Notes under the pieces: model-generated
Told to the model about the DNA's origin: nothing
Database searches by the model: none
Seen by the model: the letters and a program-made list of their open reading frames with translations, nothing else
In this document: positions 20,030 to 38,716 of the stretch, one piece after another
How the letters are laid out: each line of letters begins with the position of its first letter
How positions within the stretch are numbered: the first letter of the stretch is position 1
Position numbers and translations under genes: made by a program
NCBI RefSeq assembly: GCF_009914755.1
Contig: NC_060943.1
Source: the human T2T-CHM13v2.0 reference genome, Homo sapiens
Direction: 5' to 3' (one strand)
DNA: 64,000 bases

Positions 20030-21399
20030 ACTTCTTGCTCTTTTTGCCACTACTTTTAAGCTGATATATTTGGAACTGAGGTAGCCTCATTCTACAGGTT
20101 TAGATCTGAAGTATTTTAACTATTGCTTCTTCCAGTGTATTTTCTGGTTTGCAGGCCAGTTTCTTCTTTAACTCATCAGTGACACAGTGGTTTGTATGGC
20201 TTTTAATTTCAAAGAATATTTTTTCAATTTGCTTTTTTGTTTTTTGCTGATTTTTATCTATGCTAATTTTAACTAGACATGTTCCCTTGATGGGCATGAC
20301 TAGATTTTTTCTTCCCCACTGCGTTTATAATTTAGATGGATTTTCACATCTCAAGCCAGTTAAGAGTGTGGAAAATAGGACTCCTTAAAGCACAGATAAT
20401 GACAAGTGGTTCAGATTTACGAGGGTAACTCAGGTGAGAGTGTATCATTGTACTTGGCACACAGCACTGAGTAACTATCACCTTTCATTTAAATGAATGC
20501 AGCTGTAAATGCTTTCCTAGATGTCTTGTTGATGTTTGTTAATTTCTGTAGAGTTTCATTCTGCCCCTTTCACTGTTTATCACTTGATCCTTATCACTTG
20601 AGAGTCCCCTTATTACTTGACCTGCTGTTACATTATGTTTGATTTATTACAAATACCCCATCAGCCTGGGTCTCTCTTTACTCCCTTTGTACACCTACAT
20701 CTAAACATAGTGATTTGGATTATCTCAGGATCCCACATCCTCACTGTACCCCCACCCCCACCCCTACCATATCTTTCTTAAGTTTTCTAGTCCCTGCTTT
20801 TCATTTGTGCTTCTTAAATCCCAGCCCCATGCCTGACTGTGGTTCCCACTGAGTTCTGTGACAAGCATTCTACATTTATAGATATTAAATCTTTGGCCGG
20901 GTCATTTACCTGGGCTGGAATAGGGCTCTCGGCTGATCCTCCTTCCTAAACACCCTCTCAATGGGAGAGGCTGATACCCAACATGCAAACCTTGTTTTTT
21001 ACTTCTCCAGGCAAAGGGATGTTGGAAGACATTCTGGAGGGGGTAGGGTGTGAAGATTTACAAATAATCTTTGAATATCTGCTTCATGATAGGTCTTGGA
21101 GGTGCCTTGTGGGTGTGGCTTTGGAGGGATGGTTACGAGGAAATTGTGGATATTAAGGAAGTCAGGAAAGGAAAAGATGACTCACTGACAATTCAACAAT
21201 TGTCCTAAGGGACTTTCTGGCTGCTTGATGCCCTAGAAGCCAGGCCCTCACTTCTGTAAATGCTGGGGACTGTGGATACAGAATTTAAAGGGTCACCAAA
21301 AAAACTCAGTAATCAAGATAAACAATATTTTAATGTAATATCTTTAAAAATAAAATCAATGCAAAAAGAAAACACCCCTGTTGAACAAAACGGTCAGAC

Positions 21400-22630
21400 T
21401 TATGCCTCCTTTCCAACACCGCCCCACCTCCACCCCACCCTCCGGAAGTTTCCTCCAAGCCGCACCTGTACCCCAGCCTCCAATAAAAACCTCGGGAATT
21501 TCCTGATCAAGCTTCGGATCCCCACCACCACCAGGGGATCTTTTGCTGTTCACCCCAAGTTCAGTCTGCATCCCCTAAAATCCTAGGGACACGCGACCAG
21601 TCTCCCCCATCTGCATTCCGGGAGTTTGCCCCAAACCAATCCTGCTCTCCGCGAAAATAGCCTTGGGGTTCCCTGTCCTGGTACACCCTCCTACTCTAGG
21701 GGACAAAGGGCCGGTGTCGCCTCCAAACTGGTGGTTCCCGCAGAGCATCGTCTCTCCCTGAGCCGCGTCTGTCCCGACCTGGCACCTGCTCAGGGAAGGG
21801 CGCATCAGGGCGGAGACTTGCGTAGTGAGCTCAGCTCACCCGCACCTTGAAGGTCAGCGCACACTGGCCACCCGCAGAGCACCGGGACCACATTTTGCAG
21901 AATCCTTCGGCAGTCCCGCGATGCCTTCGCGGTCAGCAGATCTCATTGGTTTACAGAGAAACTTGTCAACGTCACTTGGGCATCTTAAGAGTGGGTTCGT
22001 AAACTTGGTTGTGTGCGCTGTGCAGATGTCAGTCACCCTGTGTGGTGGGCAAAGCCGACTTCTCCGCCTCTGTAGCTCCGAAACTACAATCCCCAGAGGC
22101 CTCTGCGGTCACTTCCGCTCCCCTCCCTACCCTTCAGTGTGTAGCGTTGACGTCAGAAACACTTCCGGTCGGTGGCCCAGGCGCGTTAAGCTGGTTGGGA
22201 CCCGGGAAGGCCTCCCTCTTAAGGTCTTTCCCACACCTCTGCACCTTGTTACCTGACTTTCGGCTTCAGGATCCGCAGCGTGCACCCGCGTTCCGTGAGT
22301 GCCCTATAGGCAGTCAGCATGCCCCTCTGCGTGTCCCTGTGTTACGGGGACGCCGGCTGGGAGCCGCAGAGCTATCTCAGAACTAGGGCGCTCTCCTTTG
22401 GGCACCTCCAGGCCATTTTCCTTTCATTCGAGCCCACAGGGTTAGAGATAAACCCTCACTCCGTTGCTTGGGGACAAGGGCTTCACTCCCTGTCCCGAGC
22501 TTGCGGCTGAGCTTGAGGGTGGCTGGGTCATCCTGGCCCCCCACTGGATGGGAATTGGCTGCTCTGGTGATTTCTGTGACATCCCAGACCCCAACTGTGG
22601 GGCTCTGGAGCGGACTGCGCTTCACTTCGT
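21400..22630 (+). promoter_or_regulatory. ZNF875: Main CpG-island promoter of ZNF875; exon 1 ends at 22294
   Basis: ZNF143-type ACTACAATCCCCAG 22083-22096, CRE TGACGTCA 22148-22155, ETS ACTTCCGG 22161-22168, donor TCC|GTGAGT at 22294/22295. Confidence 0.85.
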
Positions 22631-22736
22631 GGGGAGGGTGTTTCCACCTAGGCCACTCTTATTTCTCTTCACATCCCCAGATCTGTCTTCTGAGACTTTG
22701 CCCTTCTCCAGGAAGAGCACTCAGGAGACCAGGAAA

Positions 22737-22769
22737 ATGGCCACAGGGCTCCTGAGAGCCAAAAAAGAG
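22737..22769 (+). CDS. ZNF875: ZNF875 first coding exon (exon 22681-22769), MATGLLRAKKE
   Basis: Acceptor ...ACATCCCCAG at 22680, Kozak AAAATGG, donor GAG|GTGAGA, phase 0 matching KRAB-A. Confidence 0.9.
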
Positions 22770-22922
22770 GTGAGAATTAACTGTAATTCTATCTTGGCTG
22801 TCAACAGAATGGGTCCCATTACCTTTTCTTGTCCTGGAGGCTGCCTTGTTGGTATTGGGCAAAGTCATTCCTAGCCCTAGTCATTCCTAGTCCATAGAAC
22901 AAGGAGGATTTTGATATAGTCT

Positions 22923-23392
22923 TGTAGAGCGTCCGATTCTGTCGCTGTTCAGGGCGCCACTTGTAACCTGCACGGACCTGGTGGACTGAACAAAAGGAAT
23001 AAAAGACAAGAAACAAAAAAGTATATTTGGAAGAAGGGGTCGGGGGCACTTTGTCTCTAGTGGACAAGGGCCCTGAGCTTTACACAACCCTCCCGTATTT
23101 ATTGGTAAAACAGATAACAAGTTAGGGGGTGGTGATTGTCAGGTAATTGTCAGTTGGCCGTTTGGTTCGCAATTGCAAGACTGCATCCTTCCAACAATAG
23201 GCGCTAGATTTCCTGGTAGATCACTTCAAGGAGCCAGGCGCCAGGCAGTGATGGCTCTCAGCACATCTTTTGGTGGCAGTGTGCGTTTGCTCACATCCTG
23301 CATTCATGATAAACAGTTTACCGTTTAATCATATAACCTCCAGTGGAATGCTGAGTTGGTCACAATCCCTTTGGTCTTTTCGGCTCCAAACA
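22923..23392 (-). mobile_element. HERV-K class solo LTR, LTR3/HML-6-like, 470 bp
   Basis: TG...CA termini; 6-bp TSD TAGTCT (22917-22922 / 23393-23398); Lys-PBS-like sequence at 22941-22959. Family name from memory. Confidence 0.8.
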
Positions 23393-23808
23393 TAGTCTGA
23401 CCTGAATTTTACCTTTGAGTTCATTCCTAGTCCTGGAAGAGTGCCTCGTTCTAACAGGAGTCTTCCCTCAGCATTCCTTTCTGCTCCATCCTTACCGCAG
23501 TCACTCATGAAGTAGTTAATTGTGAACAACACATATGGAGCAGTTTAAATAAAAGTAAAGAGACATACATGCGTAATTGTTCAGTGATGTGGATGAAGGG
23601 CAGGGACAGCACAGATGCCTGTGATTTCAAATGGTTAGGGAGGCCTCCTAGAAGTAGGGCTGTCTCAATTGCCCCTGACTGGTTTGTTAAGTTGGAGATT
23701 GGGGGGAAGGCATTCCAGTGGGAGGCGGCAAGGAAGCATAGATAGTTTCAGAGGCTGGACTCTCAGTGTGGAAGGATTATGGTGGCCAGTGGACTTGCTT
23801 AAGATTGA

Positions 23809-24469
<661 letters not shown>

Positions 24470-24939
24470 TCACACATAGAACAAGGAGAATTTCGATATA
24501 GTCTGACCTGAATTTTACATTTGAGAGCACTTTCAGCTTCTGGCAATTGGGACATTTCCAAAATTCCAGATTCCCTGCTTCTCTGAAAATAAATCTGCCC
24601 TAAATCTGCACTGTTCTTTGGTGTCAGACAATTTGAGCTGAACAACGTCTTTATCATTTGGACGTGACCTTCAGAGTATCAGCTGCACTTTCTGCAGTGT
24701 CCTTTATACTGAGGTTGAAACCATTGACTACCTAACATTTCACCCCCCTCTCATTTTTATTACCTACCTGACCCCTGAAGGGTTTGCCTTTTCCACCTCT
24801 CGGTCAGGGTGGGGACAAATCAGAAAATGCTGAGTGCCAGGCTGAGCAGGGTAGACTTTGTCTTTGAGTAAGCTGAGTTTTGAAGGATGTTAAGAAGGGA
24901 CTTGACATAAGGAAGTCAATGGTATGTGGGAAATAGTGA

Positions 24940-25119
<180 letters not shown>

Positions 25120-25568
25120 TAATCTTTTGTATCTTTAGTAGAGACGGGATTTCACCATGTTTGCCAGGCTGGTCTTGAACTCCTGACCTGGTGGTCCGCC
25201 TGCCTCGGCCTCCTAAAGTGCTGGGATTACAGGTGTGAGCCACAGCCCCCGGCCGAGGGGAAGCTTTTCTAAGCCCTGAGATTGGTGACGATGATGCCCC
25301 TGACTTAATTGAATGCAATTAACATTCATTAAGCACCAACACAGTTGCCAGGCTGTTTAACAGTCATTTTTGATATGGGTTAACTTGGTTATTTCAGATT
25401 TGCCTTGACTATCCTTATCAAGAAATCTGAGTGGAATTTAGACAGGAAAAGAGATTTCTTAATTCTGGACTCCAGTGGTGGGGATTATGCATTCCTGGAT
25501 GTTATCAGAGCAACACTGAGAATTCTGTTTCTCATTTCTAAAATAGTTAATTCATTTGAGAGTGTTAA

Positions 25569-26019
<451 letters not shown>

Positions 26020-27514
26020 TAGCTGACTTTTCCTGTGCCACCTCCTTCATTCTCAGTAGGTCTACCCGGAACTGCCTCCTGTATATAAACAACTTGTTCT
26101 TCAATGTAGCTTTTTAACATAGTATTTACTCAGGAAAAATTAAAGGGCATGAGCATTTAAATAGTTGTTTAAGATGAAACCTCTGTGTCTCTCATGCCTA
26201 GCACACATGAAATGTTTGGTGCATGAAGGAATCACAACCTTAAGTAAACGATTTGAAGGAACTAAGTAACAAAGGAGTTTCTGTTGTTTGCTTTGGTTTG
26301 TTATTTTGGGCATGTGGTTAATCACATGTTTCAGGAGCGTTGGGTAGAATTTCCAGATACTCTTGATATGCATGGCATCTGAATTATACAAAATAATCAA
26401 AGCAAGACTATCTTAGGACATTAGGTATTACTGCCAAGGACCTTTGCCTGAGAGGATAAATTAAAATTTGTGTTAAATTTGTAACAATGAGATGAACTGG
26501 CAGGCACATTATGTTATTTTTTTTCTTAGCATTTTTCCTTTTCCTTGGTGCCATACAACAAACTTGAGTGTCTGCTATGTGCAGAACACTCAGTAGATTA
26601 CAGTTAATGATGGGTAAAACACAGTCTGCACACTCAGGAGTCTTCCATTTTATTTTAGGATTCCTTTCTCATTTGGATTTAATTTAATTTTATATGCGCT
26701 CACACCCCTGCAAACATATTTTGACAGGCCCTAATGGTAAAATCATAATGGAGTAAAGTTACTGGCAGTGTATCTACCCAGCTCTATTTTTAAAGGTGTA
26801 GAAACAGCCAACACTTATCCCACTGAAAATAATTTCCATAGTAATCCATTGAATGGATGAACTCATCCATTGTTTCCCAATTTTTGGACTCCTGTTTCCA
26901 ATGTTTAACTGTTGCAAATAATACTTCTATGATCAGCTTTGTACATGAAATTCTTATATAGGTTTTTATTCTCATACAAAATATGACAAGGTGAATAGAC
27001 ATGACTGTTTTGAAGCATTGGGCACCCACAGCAGTTGGAGATTTGAACCCTGCCAGTTTTTTTTTTTTTTTTTTTTTGAGACAGAGTCTCGCTCTGTCAC
27101 TCTGTCCCACTGCATCAGGCTGGGATGCAGTGGTGCAATCGATCTCGCCTCACTGCAACCTCTGCCTCCCAGGTTCGAGCAATTCTCTTGCCTCAGCCTC
27201 TTGAGTAGCTGGGATTACAGGTGCCCGCCACCACACCAGGCTAATTTTTGTATTTTTAGTAGAGACAGGGTTTCACCATATTGGCCAGGCTGGTCTCAAA
27301 CTCCTGACCTCAAGTGACCCACCTGCCTTGGCCTCCCAAAGTGCTGGAATTACAGGCATGAGCACCGCGGCTGGCCCTGAACCCTGCCAGTTCTAAAGAA
27401 TTTGAACTTCCAATTACTTCTTTCTTTTCTGAGACTCCCTTCTTCACCATGTGTTTCTTTATACTGTGCAATTTTTATTTTATTTTATTCATTTATTATT
27501 ATTATTATTTTTGA

Positions 27515-27673
<159 letters not shown>

Positions 27674-28101
27674 TAGTAGAGATGGGGTTTCACCATGTTG
27701 GTCAGATTGGTCTTGAACTCCTGACCTCTGGTGAACTACCCGCCTCGGCCTCCCAAAGTGCTGGGATTACAGGTGTGAGCCACCACGCCCAGCCCTACTG
27801 TACAACTTTTATTTGCTTTTATTTTAATTATTACACTGTGCAGATTTTGATTACCGGGGTAGACCTGCCAACTTAGGTCTCTTTCTTCTCTCACATGAAA
27901 GCTCACATAGTATCCTGATTTGTTTCCAAATGTTGACATGGTCCTTTGCCACCCACTACATGTTTCTGTAATCCTCGTTTTCCCCAACATTGCAGTAACA
28001 TCACTTTTCAGAAACCTTTAGTGCCTCATTTCAGTGTCTTAGATATTTAGGACAGTCTTCATTTCAAATATTGTATCCTGTTGTCTGATGTCATGTTCTG
28101 A

Positions 28102-28441
<340 letters not shown>

Positions 28442-28718
28442 TGAGCCACCGCGTCTGGCCTTGTGTACTTTTAACTTAGATACATTTACTTTTTATCCAC
28501 TCAGCTGAAAAAAGAGGAGAAAAATAAAAGTAGGTCAGGTCAATCTGTTTCCTTTCCCATTTAATGAATTCATGCCCAGGAGTGAGTGAGAAATGGGAGG
28601 ACTGAATCTGCTGTTCTCCAAGACTAGCTTAGGAGTTTCTGACATCATGGGCATCCCAGCAAGCCAACGGTCACATTAGTCACCACGTATTTTTCATATC
28701 ACGTGATCCCTCTATCAG

Positions 28719-31350
<2,632 letters not shown>

Positions 31351-31767
31351 TAGATACAATGCTTTTGGCCGCAAGCAACAGTAAACCTAATTTAGGCTGT
31401 TCTAAACAATAAGTAACTTAGCCTATATAAAAAGAAGTTCACAGAGAGAGTGCACTTTGGGGTTGGTCCTTCAGCTCCATAAGCTTCCCAAGGACTGGGG
31501 TGCTTTCATCTCTGCAGTCTACCCTGTTCTCTACAGTGTCAGCCTCATCCAGGCTGGTTCCCCTCAAAGCCATAGGATGTCTGCCAATAGCAACTTTGTT
31601 TAATTCTCACAATGGCCCCATAAGGTAAGTACTATTATAATATCGATTTTATAGGAAATTGAGACACAGATATTAAGATATCAACGCAAAGTCATAGGGG
31701 AGGGAGGAGAGAGGGGACTGTAATTTGAACACAGTTTGTCTCCAGAGTTTGTGCTTTTAGCCACTGA

Positions 31768-31950
31768 GTAGTTGTTAAACTTTAGTGTGCATCAGAATTA
31801 CTTGGAAGCCTTGTTCAAACATTGCTGGGCTCCCCCCGCAATTTCTGATTCAGTAGCCCTAGGATGGGGACTGAGAATTTTTATTTCTAACAAGTTCCCA
31901 GGGGATGCTGGTGCTGCAGGTTCAGGGAACACACATTGAGCCAGTGCACT
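31768..31950. mobile_element. MER5A DNA transposon
   Basis: GTGTGCATCAGAAT...TTTCTAACAAGTTCCCAGG...GATGCTG; a related copy lies at ~16455-16625. Confidence 0.75.
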
Positions 31951-32197
31951 AAGCCCTGCTGCCTCTTTTGGGTAATCTGTGCCCATGTTTCTGAGCATCA
32001 GGAAAAGTGCTTAATTCCTGTGACTCCATCTTACAAATGACGAAGTCTTTTGCTAGAATCCTACGGTAAGGCTTCTTGTGGCCTGTTGGTTACCATTCAT
32101 TTTTCATATATTTATTTTTCAGCTGGCAAGCAGATGAATTAACTCCCCCAAGCTTCTAGCTGTGTTTCTACTCAGTGGGAGAGATTTGGAGTGAATC

Positions 32198-32287
32198 ATG
32201 AGGGTCAACCACACAGTGTCTACAATGCTCCCTACATGCATGGTTCACAGACAAACCATGAGTTGTTCCGGGGCTGGAGGAATAACG
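32198..32287 (+). CDS. ZNF875: Alternative first coding exon of ZNF875 (exon ~32123-32287), MRVNHTVSTMLPTCMVHRQTMSCSGAGGIT
   Basis: 30 open codons ending in phase 0 at ACG|GTTGTA; acceptor TTTATTTTTCAG at 32122. Matches the HKR1 N-terminus as I remember it; gives 659 aa. Confidence 0.75.
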
Positions 32288-34379
32288 GTTGTATTAAATG
32301 TGTTAAAGTAACACTAATTGCTCTGTGATGTAGCTCCTTCGTGGGAGATTTTCAAGGGGTGTATGTGTGTATGTTCTGAGAAGGGGTTGTAAAAGCAAAT
32401 CACAACAGGGACTAGGCAGATACCTGAATAGCCTTTTTCTCTCCAGTGTTTAATGATGAACAGTTTCAGACATATGGAAAAAACCAGGAAGCCTTGTACA
32501 TTGAACACTCACATACCCATCACCTAGATTCTCAGTGAGTACCTCCTTCTCATGAACTTTTCCTGATCCTCAATCCTACAGTGACCTCTCCCTCTTGAGA
32601 TTACTCTGACCCAGTGATTCACAACCATCACACTACTTTTAGGAGCCTTTGAAAGTACAAAAGCCCCATCCCCTGGTTTTACGGATTTGTGGTGGGACTC
32701 AAGAATCCATAATTTAAAACACCACCCAGGTAGCTCTAAAATATAGCCAGAGAGAGATGAGGTATGAGAACCAAAGCCCTCACTCATCTGTGCTCTTCTC
32801 TTGCGATTAAGTACATTGGGACTGGCTGGGTTTGGGGACAGCTATCGATATAACTGAGTGTAGGTAGAGTCTTAAGGCCATTTCATAGTCCAGCCAGTGT
32901 AGAATAGTGGAGCTGGTAGGGGACAGGAAATGTAGGGAGGATTCCCTGGGAAGGGTACAGTGTGGAATTAGTTTTAGAGACACAATGTCATACCCTCAAG
33001 GAGTGATGGAGGCATTCTGAGAAGGGGATGCAAAATCAAAGAGACAAGGCATGTACCTAAATGAATGACGCTGGTGAGGCAGTCTCCAATAGTGTGTTGC
33101 GGCTGATAGACCCCCAGCATGAGTCACCGTCAGCCAACTGTGGTCCTACAGCAGTGCAAAGCCCAGGGTGGTCAGATTTATGGATTTTTAACATAACCCA
33201 TAGATTGAGATTTTCATATGAAATCTTCCAACATTTAATTGATATAAACACAAGTTTTAAAGCAGTATATGGGTCAAATTAAACCCCTCTATGGACTGCA
33301 GATTGTACCTAAAGAGAATAAGTGTTGGGCAGGGAAGAATCCCAGTGCTAGATTTCCAGACTCATTTGGAAATCTCACCGAACTTCCATGCCAAGGACGG
33401 TTATATATTCCCATCCTCCAAAGTACAGCTTTCTAGGTAGCAGAGGTTCGTTTGAAACTTTGTTGCTTGTCTAATAATAATAAATCATTTTTGGTTATTT
33501 AAAAATATTTGACTGCTAAGTGTTTGCAGATTCTGTTGTAGACACCAGGGCAATCACAGTGATCCAGCCATGCACATGGAACTGATGTCTTAGTGGGAAG
33601 TCAGAAAATAGAAATGAATATAATGTATTATCTTAGAGTTAAGGCAACACAATAAAGCAGGAGAGGGGAATGAAACCCGCATGAGAGCATGGAATTTTAC
33701 ATAGAACGGCCAGGGACTGCACTGGGCATTTTGTCTGAGCCCTTCACAGTAATCCTAATCCTCACCACAAGCTGTGAGATAAGCACTGTTATTTTTAGTT
33801 CGCAGGAGAAACTGACGTGCTGAGCAGCTAATTCAGTGCCTGAGGTTACACTAGTTGTGGACAGAGATGGGTTCCAAATCCAGATAGTATGGGTTGAATC
33901 CACGCTCTTCATCACCACCCACTTTCCCTCCTTAGGCCTGAGCAGGCACATGGCAGCATTTGGTAGAGGAAGGAGTGAGCCCTGCTGTAGGAACTATATA
34001 TATTGGTGAGTTATTTGCCCCCAAGCCCCAGAGGCACCACTGCTTCAAGTAGAACAAATAGTGAGACCAAGTAGTCTCAGAAAATTTTCAAACTCAGCAA
34101 GATAATTCTTTACTATTTAGTTGTACTTGTGTGGTGTCTTCTTCTCCCTGCCTAGTTTTGAAACGCCCTCTAGGTAAGGGCTTTGGTTTTGTTTGCTCTT
34201 ATCCTCCCTAGCAGCTAGCCTGGGATATTGACAGTAAGTAACAGGTGCATAAATGATGCTGGCTCGGCAGAGATAGGAGAATAATGGTCTTTCACTCCTT
34301 GGTGCCAAGGTCACAATCCAAAGTAGGGTCTAGAAATCTTTCCTACTTCCCTCAGGGAAGCCTTTTGACCTCTCATTCT

Positions 34380-34629
34380 TTTTTTTTTTTTTTGAGACAG
34401 AGTTTTGCTCTTGTTGCCCAGGCTGGAGTGCAATGGCGCAATCTCGGCTTACCGCAAGTAACTGGGATTACAGGCATGCGCCACCACACCTGACTAATTT
34501 TGTATTTTTAGTAGAGACGGGGTTTCTCCATATTGGTCAGGCTGATCTCAAACTCTCGACCTCAGGTGATCCGCCCACCTTGGCCTCCCAAAGTGCTGGG
34601 ATTACAGGCATGAACCACCGGGCCTGGCC
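34380..34629 (-). mobile_element. Alu with internal deletion just upstream of the KRAB-A acceptor
   Basis: ACCGCAA joins directly to GTAACTGGGATTAC; TSD TGACCTCTCATTCT. Confidence 0.85.
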
Positions 34630-34678
34630 TTGACCTCTCATTCTAAAGTGTGGGAGGGAAAGACAGGCTCCTGGGTGA

Positions 34679-34888
<210 letters not shown>

Positions 34889-35289
34889 TGAGGAAGGGCT
34901 ACCTGCAGAGCACCTTTCCCTTAGAGTTGAGCTTGAAAACAATTTACTTTTTTCCTCTGGGTAAATCTGGATTTAGTAGAATTGAAAGCAGACAGATTGA
35001 TTTATTCATGTTATGGATGACACTACATTTCCAGGCCTGTTTCCCAAGGCTTGTGCTCTCTCTTTATTTTGCTTCAAACCCAGGAAATTTTTCATACACC
35101 AAGTGTTCATAATATGCCATCTTTCTGACTGGAGTCACCTTTCCTTAGTCAACCCTTCTACTTCAGAGAGAGAACTATTCATAGGTCTTTTTTATCCTCT
35201 GGGTTTCCTCACCCATTTCAGCTCTGAGTTCTAGAATGCCCTCTTGAGCCCATAACCAACAATGTCCTCATTTTCTTCCCTATGAACAG

Positions 35290-35385
35290 AAATTCCATCT
35301 TCTAAACCAAAACTCATTGCTCAGCTGGAGCGAGGGGAAGCGCCCTGGAGAGAGGAGAGAAAATGTCCACTGGACCTCTGTCCAG
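35290..35385 (+). CDS. ZNF875: ZNF875 KRAB-B exon (96 nt)
   Basis: CAG| (E)IPSSKPKLIAQLERGEAPWREERKCPLDLCP |GTGAG; phase 1-1. Confidence 0.96.
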
Positions 35386-36391
35386 GTGAGTGTTGAGTGT
35401 GGGGTAGACGGGATAATCCACAGCTTGGCAGATAGGAAGGAGGAGGCATCTCTCAGATACTGGGAAGAAGCTCTTCTTCAGGCCTCCTAAGCCAAGAGAA
35501 ACGTTGCCTGACATGGTCTTCTTTCCGGAACATAATCTTCAGTTGAGGGAGGGACTTCCCTGGTTCCCTTGTCTCTTCCCTACACCAGGAAGCCTCCCTT
35601 CCTCATTTGTCTTCTCCGTAATGCTTAGTCTTTCCTCATTCACTGTCTTCTTTCTCACCTGATCTTAAAAATTGCATCTACCCATGAATGTTAAGTCTAC
35701 GACACTTCTAGATACTTTCTAGCTACTCTTATGCTAAGATTAATTGATTAACTCCACCTCTCCAATTCCCATAACTTATTACACAATACTTAAGCTATGA
35801 CTAATAATAAAATACATACTCATGTGCCAATGTCCCAGCTTAAGAAATAAAAAATGACCTAAACAGTCGAAACCCCTATTTCCCCTTCCCTGATGGTATC
35901 CTCTACCCATCCCTCCAATGGAATTGTTTTTCAGTATTAGGGATTTGTAATTCTCATGCATGGCTTTATCATTTCCTTCATATGTATGAATCGCTAAATC
36001 ATCTATATTGTTGTTTGGCATATTTTAAAACTTTATATCAATGTCATCATATTATGTATGTATTTTGTTTTCTTCCCTGAGACTAATTTTGTACTATGTT
36101 GGTATATGTAGCTCTGCTTCATTCATTTTTGTGGCTATATAATATTGTATTTTATGCATAATTATAATACAATTCATTTATCCATTCCATTTTTGTTGGA
36201 CAGTTACAGTTCTAACAGTGTATTCTTTTGACCCACTAAAGAATGTTGCTGTGAACCTTCTCATAGATATGTCCTTGGGCACATAAGCACCCGTTTATCT
36301 AGGATATGTACCTAGGAATAGGACAGCTGAGTAAAAGAATATGCACCTGGTCAGTCTGACAAGGTAATGCCAAACTATTCTCCAAAGTTGT

Positions 36392-36842
36392 TGTATTAGT
36401 GTTCTAGGGCTGCCACAACAAAGTACCACAAACTGAGTGGCTTAAACAACAGAAGTTTATTTTCTCACAGTTCTGGAGGCTGGAAGTAGAGATGAAGGTG
36501 TTGGTAGGGTTGGTTCCTTTTGAGGGTTGTGAGGAAGAATCTGTCCCATGCCTCTCCTCTAGCTTCTGGAGGTTTGCTGGCAATCCATGGCGTGGAGGAG
36601 CAGAGTCCCAGTCTCTGCCTTCATCTTCATATAGCATTCTCCCTGTGTGTGTGTCTCTGTGTCCAAATTTTCCTTGTTTGTAAGGACATTATTCATACTG
36701 GATTAGGACCCACTCTAATGACCTCATCTTAACTAATTACATCTGCAACAACCCTGTTTCCAAATAAGTTCATCTTTTGAGATATTAGGGGTTTGGACTC
36801 CAATATGTCATTTTTTGGGGAAACAGAACTCAACCTATAGCA
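36392..36842 (-). mobile_element. MLT1B/C MaLR LTR within an old L1
   Basis: TGTATTAG...GGGCTGCCACAACAAAGTACCACAAACTGAGTGGCTTAAACAACAG. Confidence 0.8.
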
Positions 36843-37119
36843 ATTGCTTACACTCACATAGCATTTTATTGTTTGAGGATTCTAGTTGCCCTACATCCTT
36901 CCTAATACTTTGTGTGGTCAGACTTTAGGTTTTGATCATCTTTTGGGTATGAAATGGCCTCTCATAGTAGTTGTAATTTGATTAGTTTTGAGTTTGAGCA
37001 TCTTTTTATATGTTCATTCCTTGACTGGCCTTGGTGTTTGCTCTTCTGTGAAGCCTTTTCAATTCTTTTGCTTTTCTTCTTGTTGATTTGAATTTGAATT
37101 TTTAAAAATAAATCATTGA

Positions 37120-37386
<267 letters not shown>

Positions 37387-37436
37387 TGAACTGCTGACCT
37401 GAAGTGATCCACCTGCCTTGGTCTCCCAAAATGCTG

Positions 37437-37832
<396 letters not shown>

Positions 37833-38302
37833 TGACCTCATGATCCGCCCACCTCAGCCTCCCAAAGTGCTGGGATTACAGGCGTGAGCCACTTTACCTG
37901 ATGCCCTGCTTGCTATTTAAACAAACTGTGAAATAATTTGTCTCAATTTATAAAAATAATACAGAGAGTTTCCATTTACTCTTCACCCTGCTTTCCCCAA
38001 TGATAATATCTTATATAACCACAGTACATTTCAAAACCAGGTAACTGACATTGGTACAGTACTATTGAGTAAACTAAAGACTTTATTCAGATTCAGATTT
38101 CATCAGTTTTTGCATGTACTCTTTTTTTTAATTGTTGCTCTATAGTAGTATGAAATTTCATTACATAAATAAGATTTATGTAGCCACCATCACCACAATA
38201 AAGATGTAGAACTCTTCTATCACTACAAAGAAAACTCTCCTGTGCTATCTTCCCTCCAATCTTAACCCCTGGCAACTACTGATCTGTTCCCCATCACTAT
38301 AA

Positions 38303-38716
<414 letters not shown>

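Noticed and set aside
22924-22959. tRNA gene
   Set aside because: Only fragments; the anticodon-to-T-loop segment is missing and CCA is encoded, so it is retroviral-primer derived.
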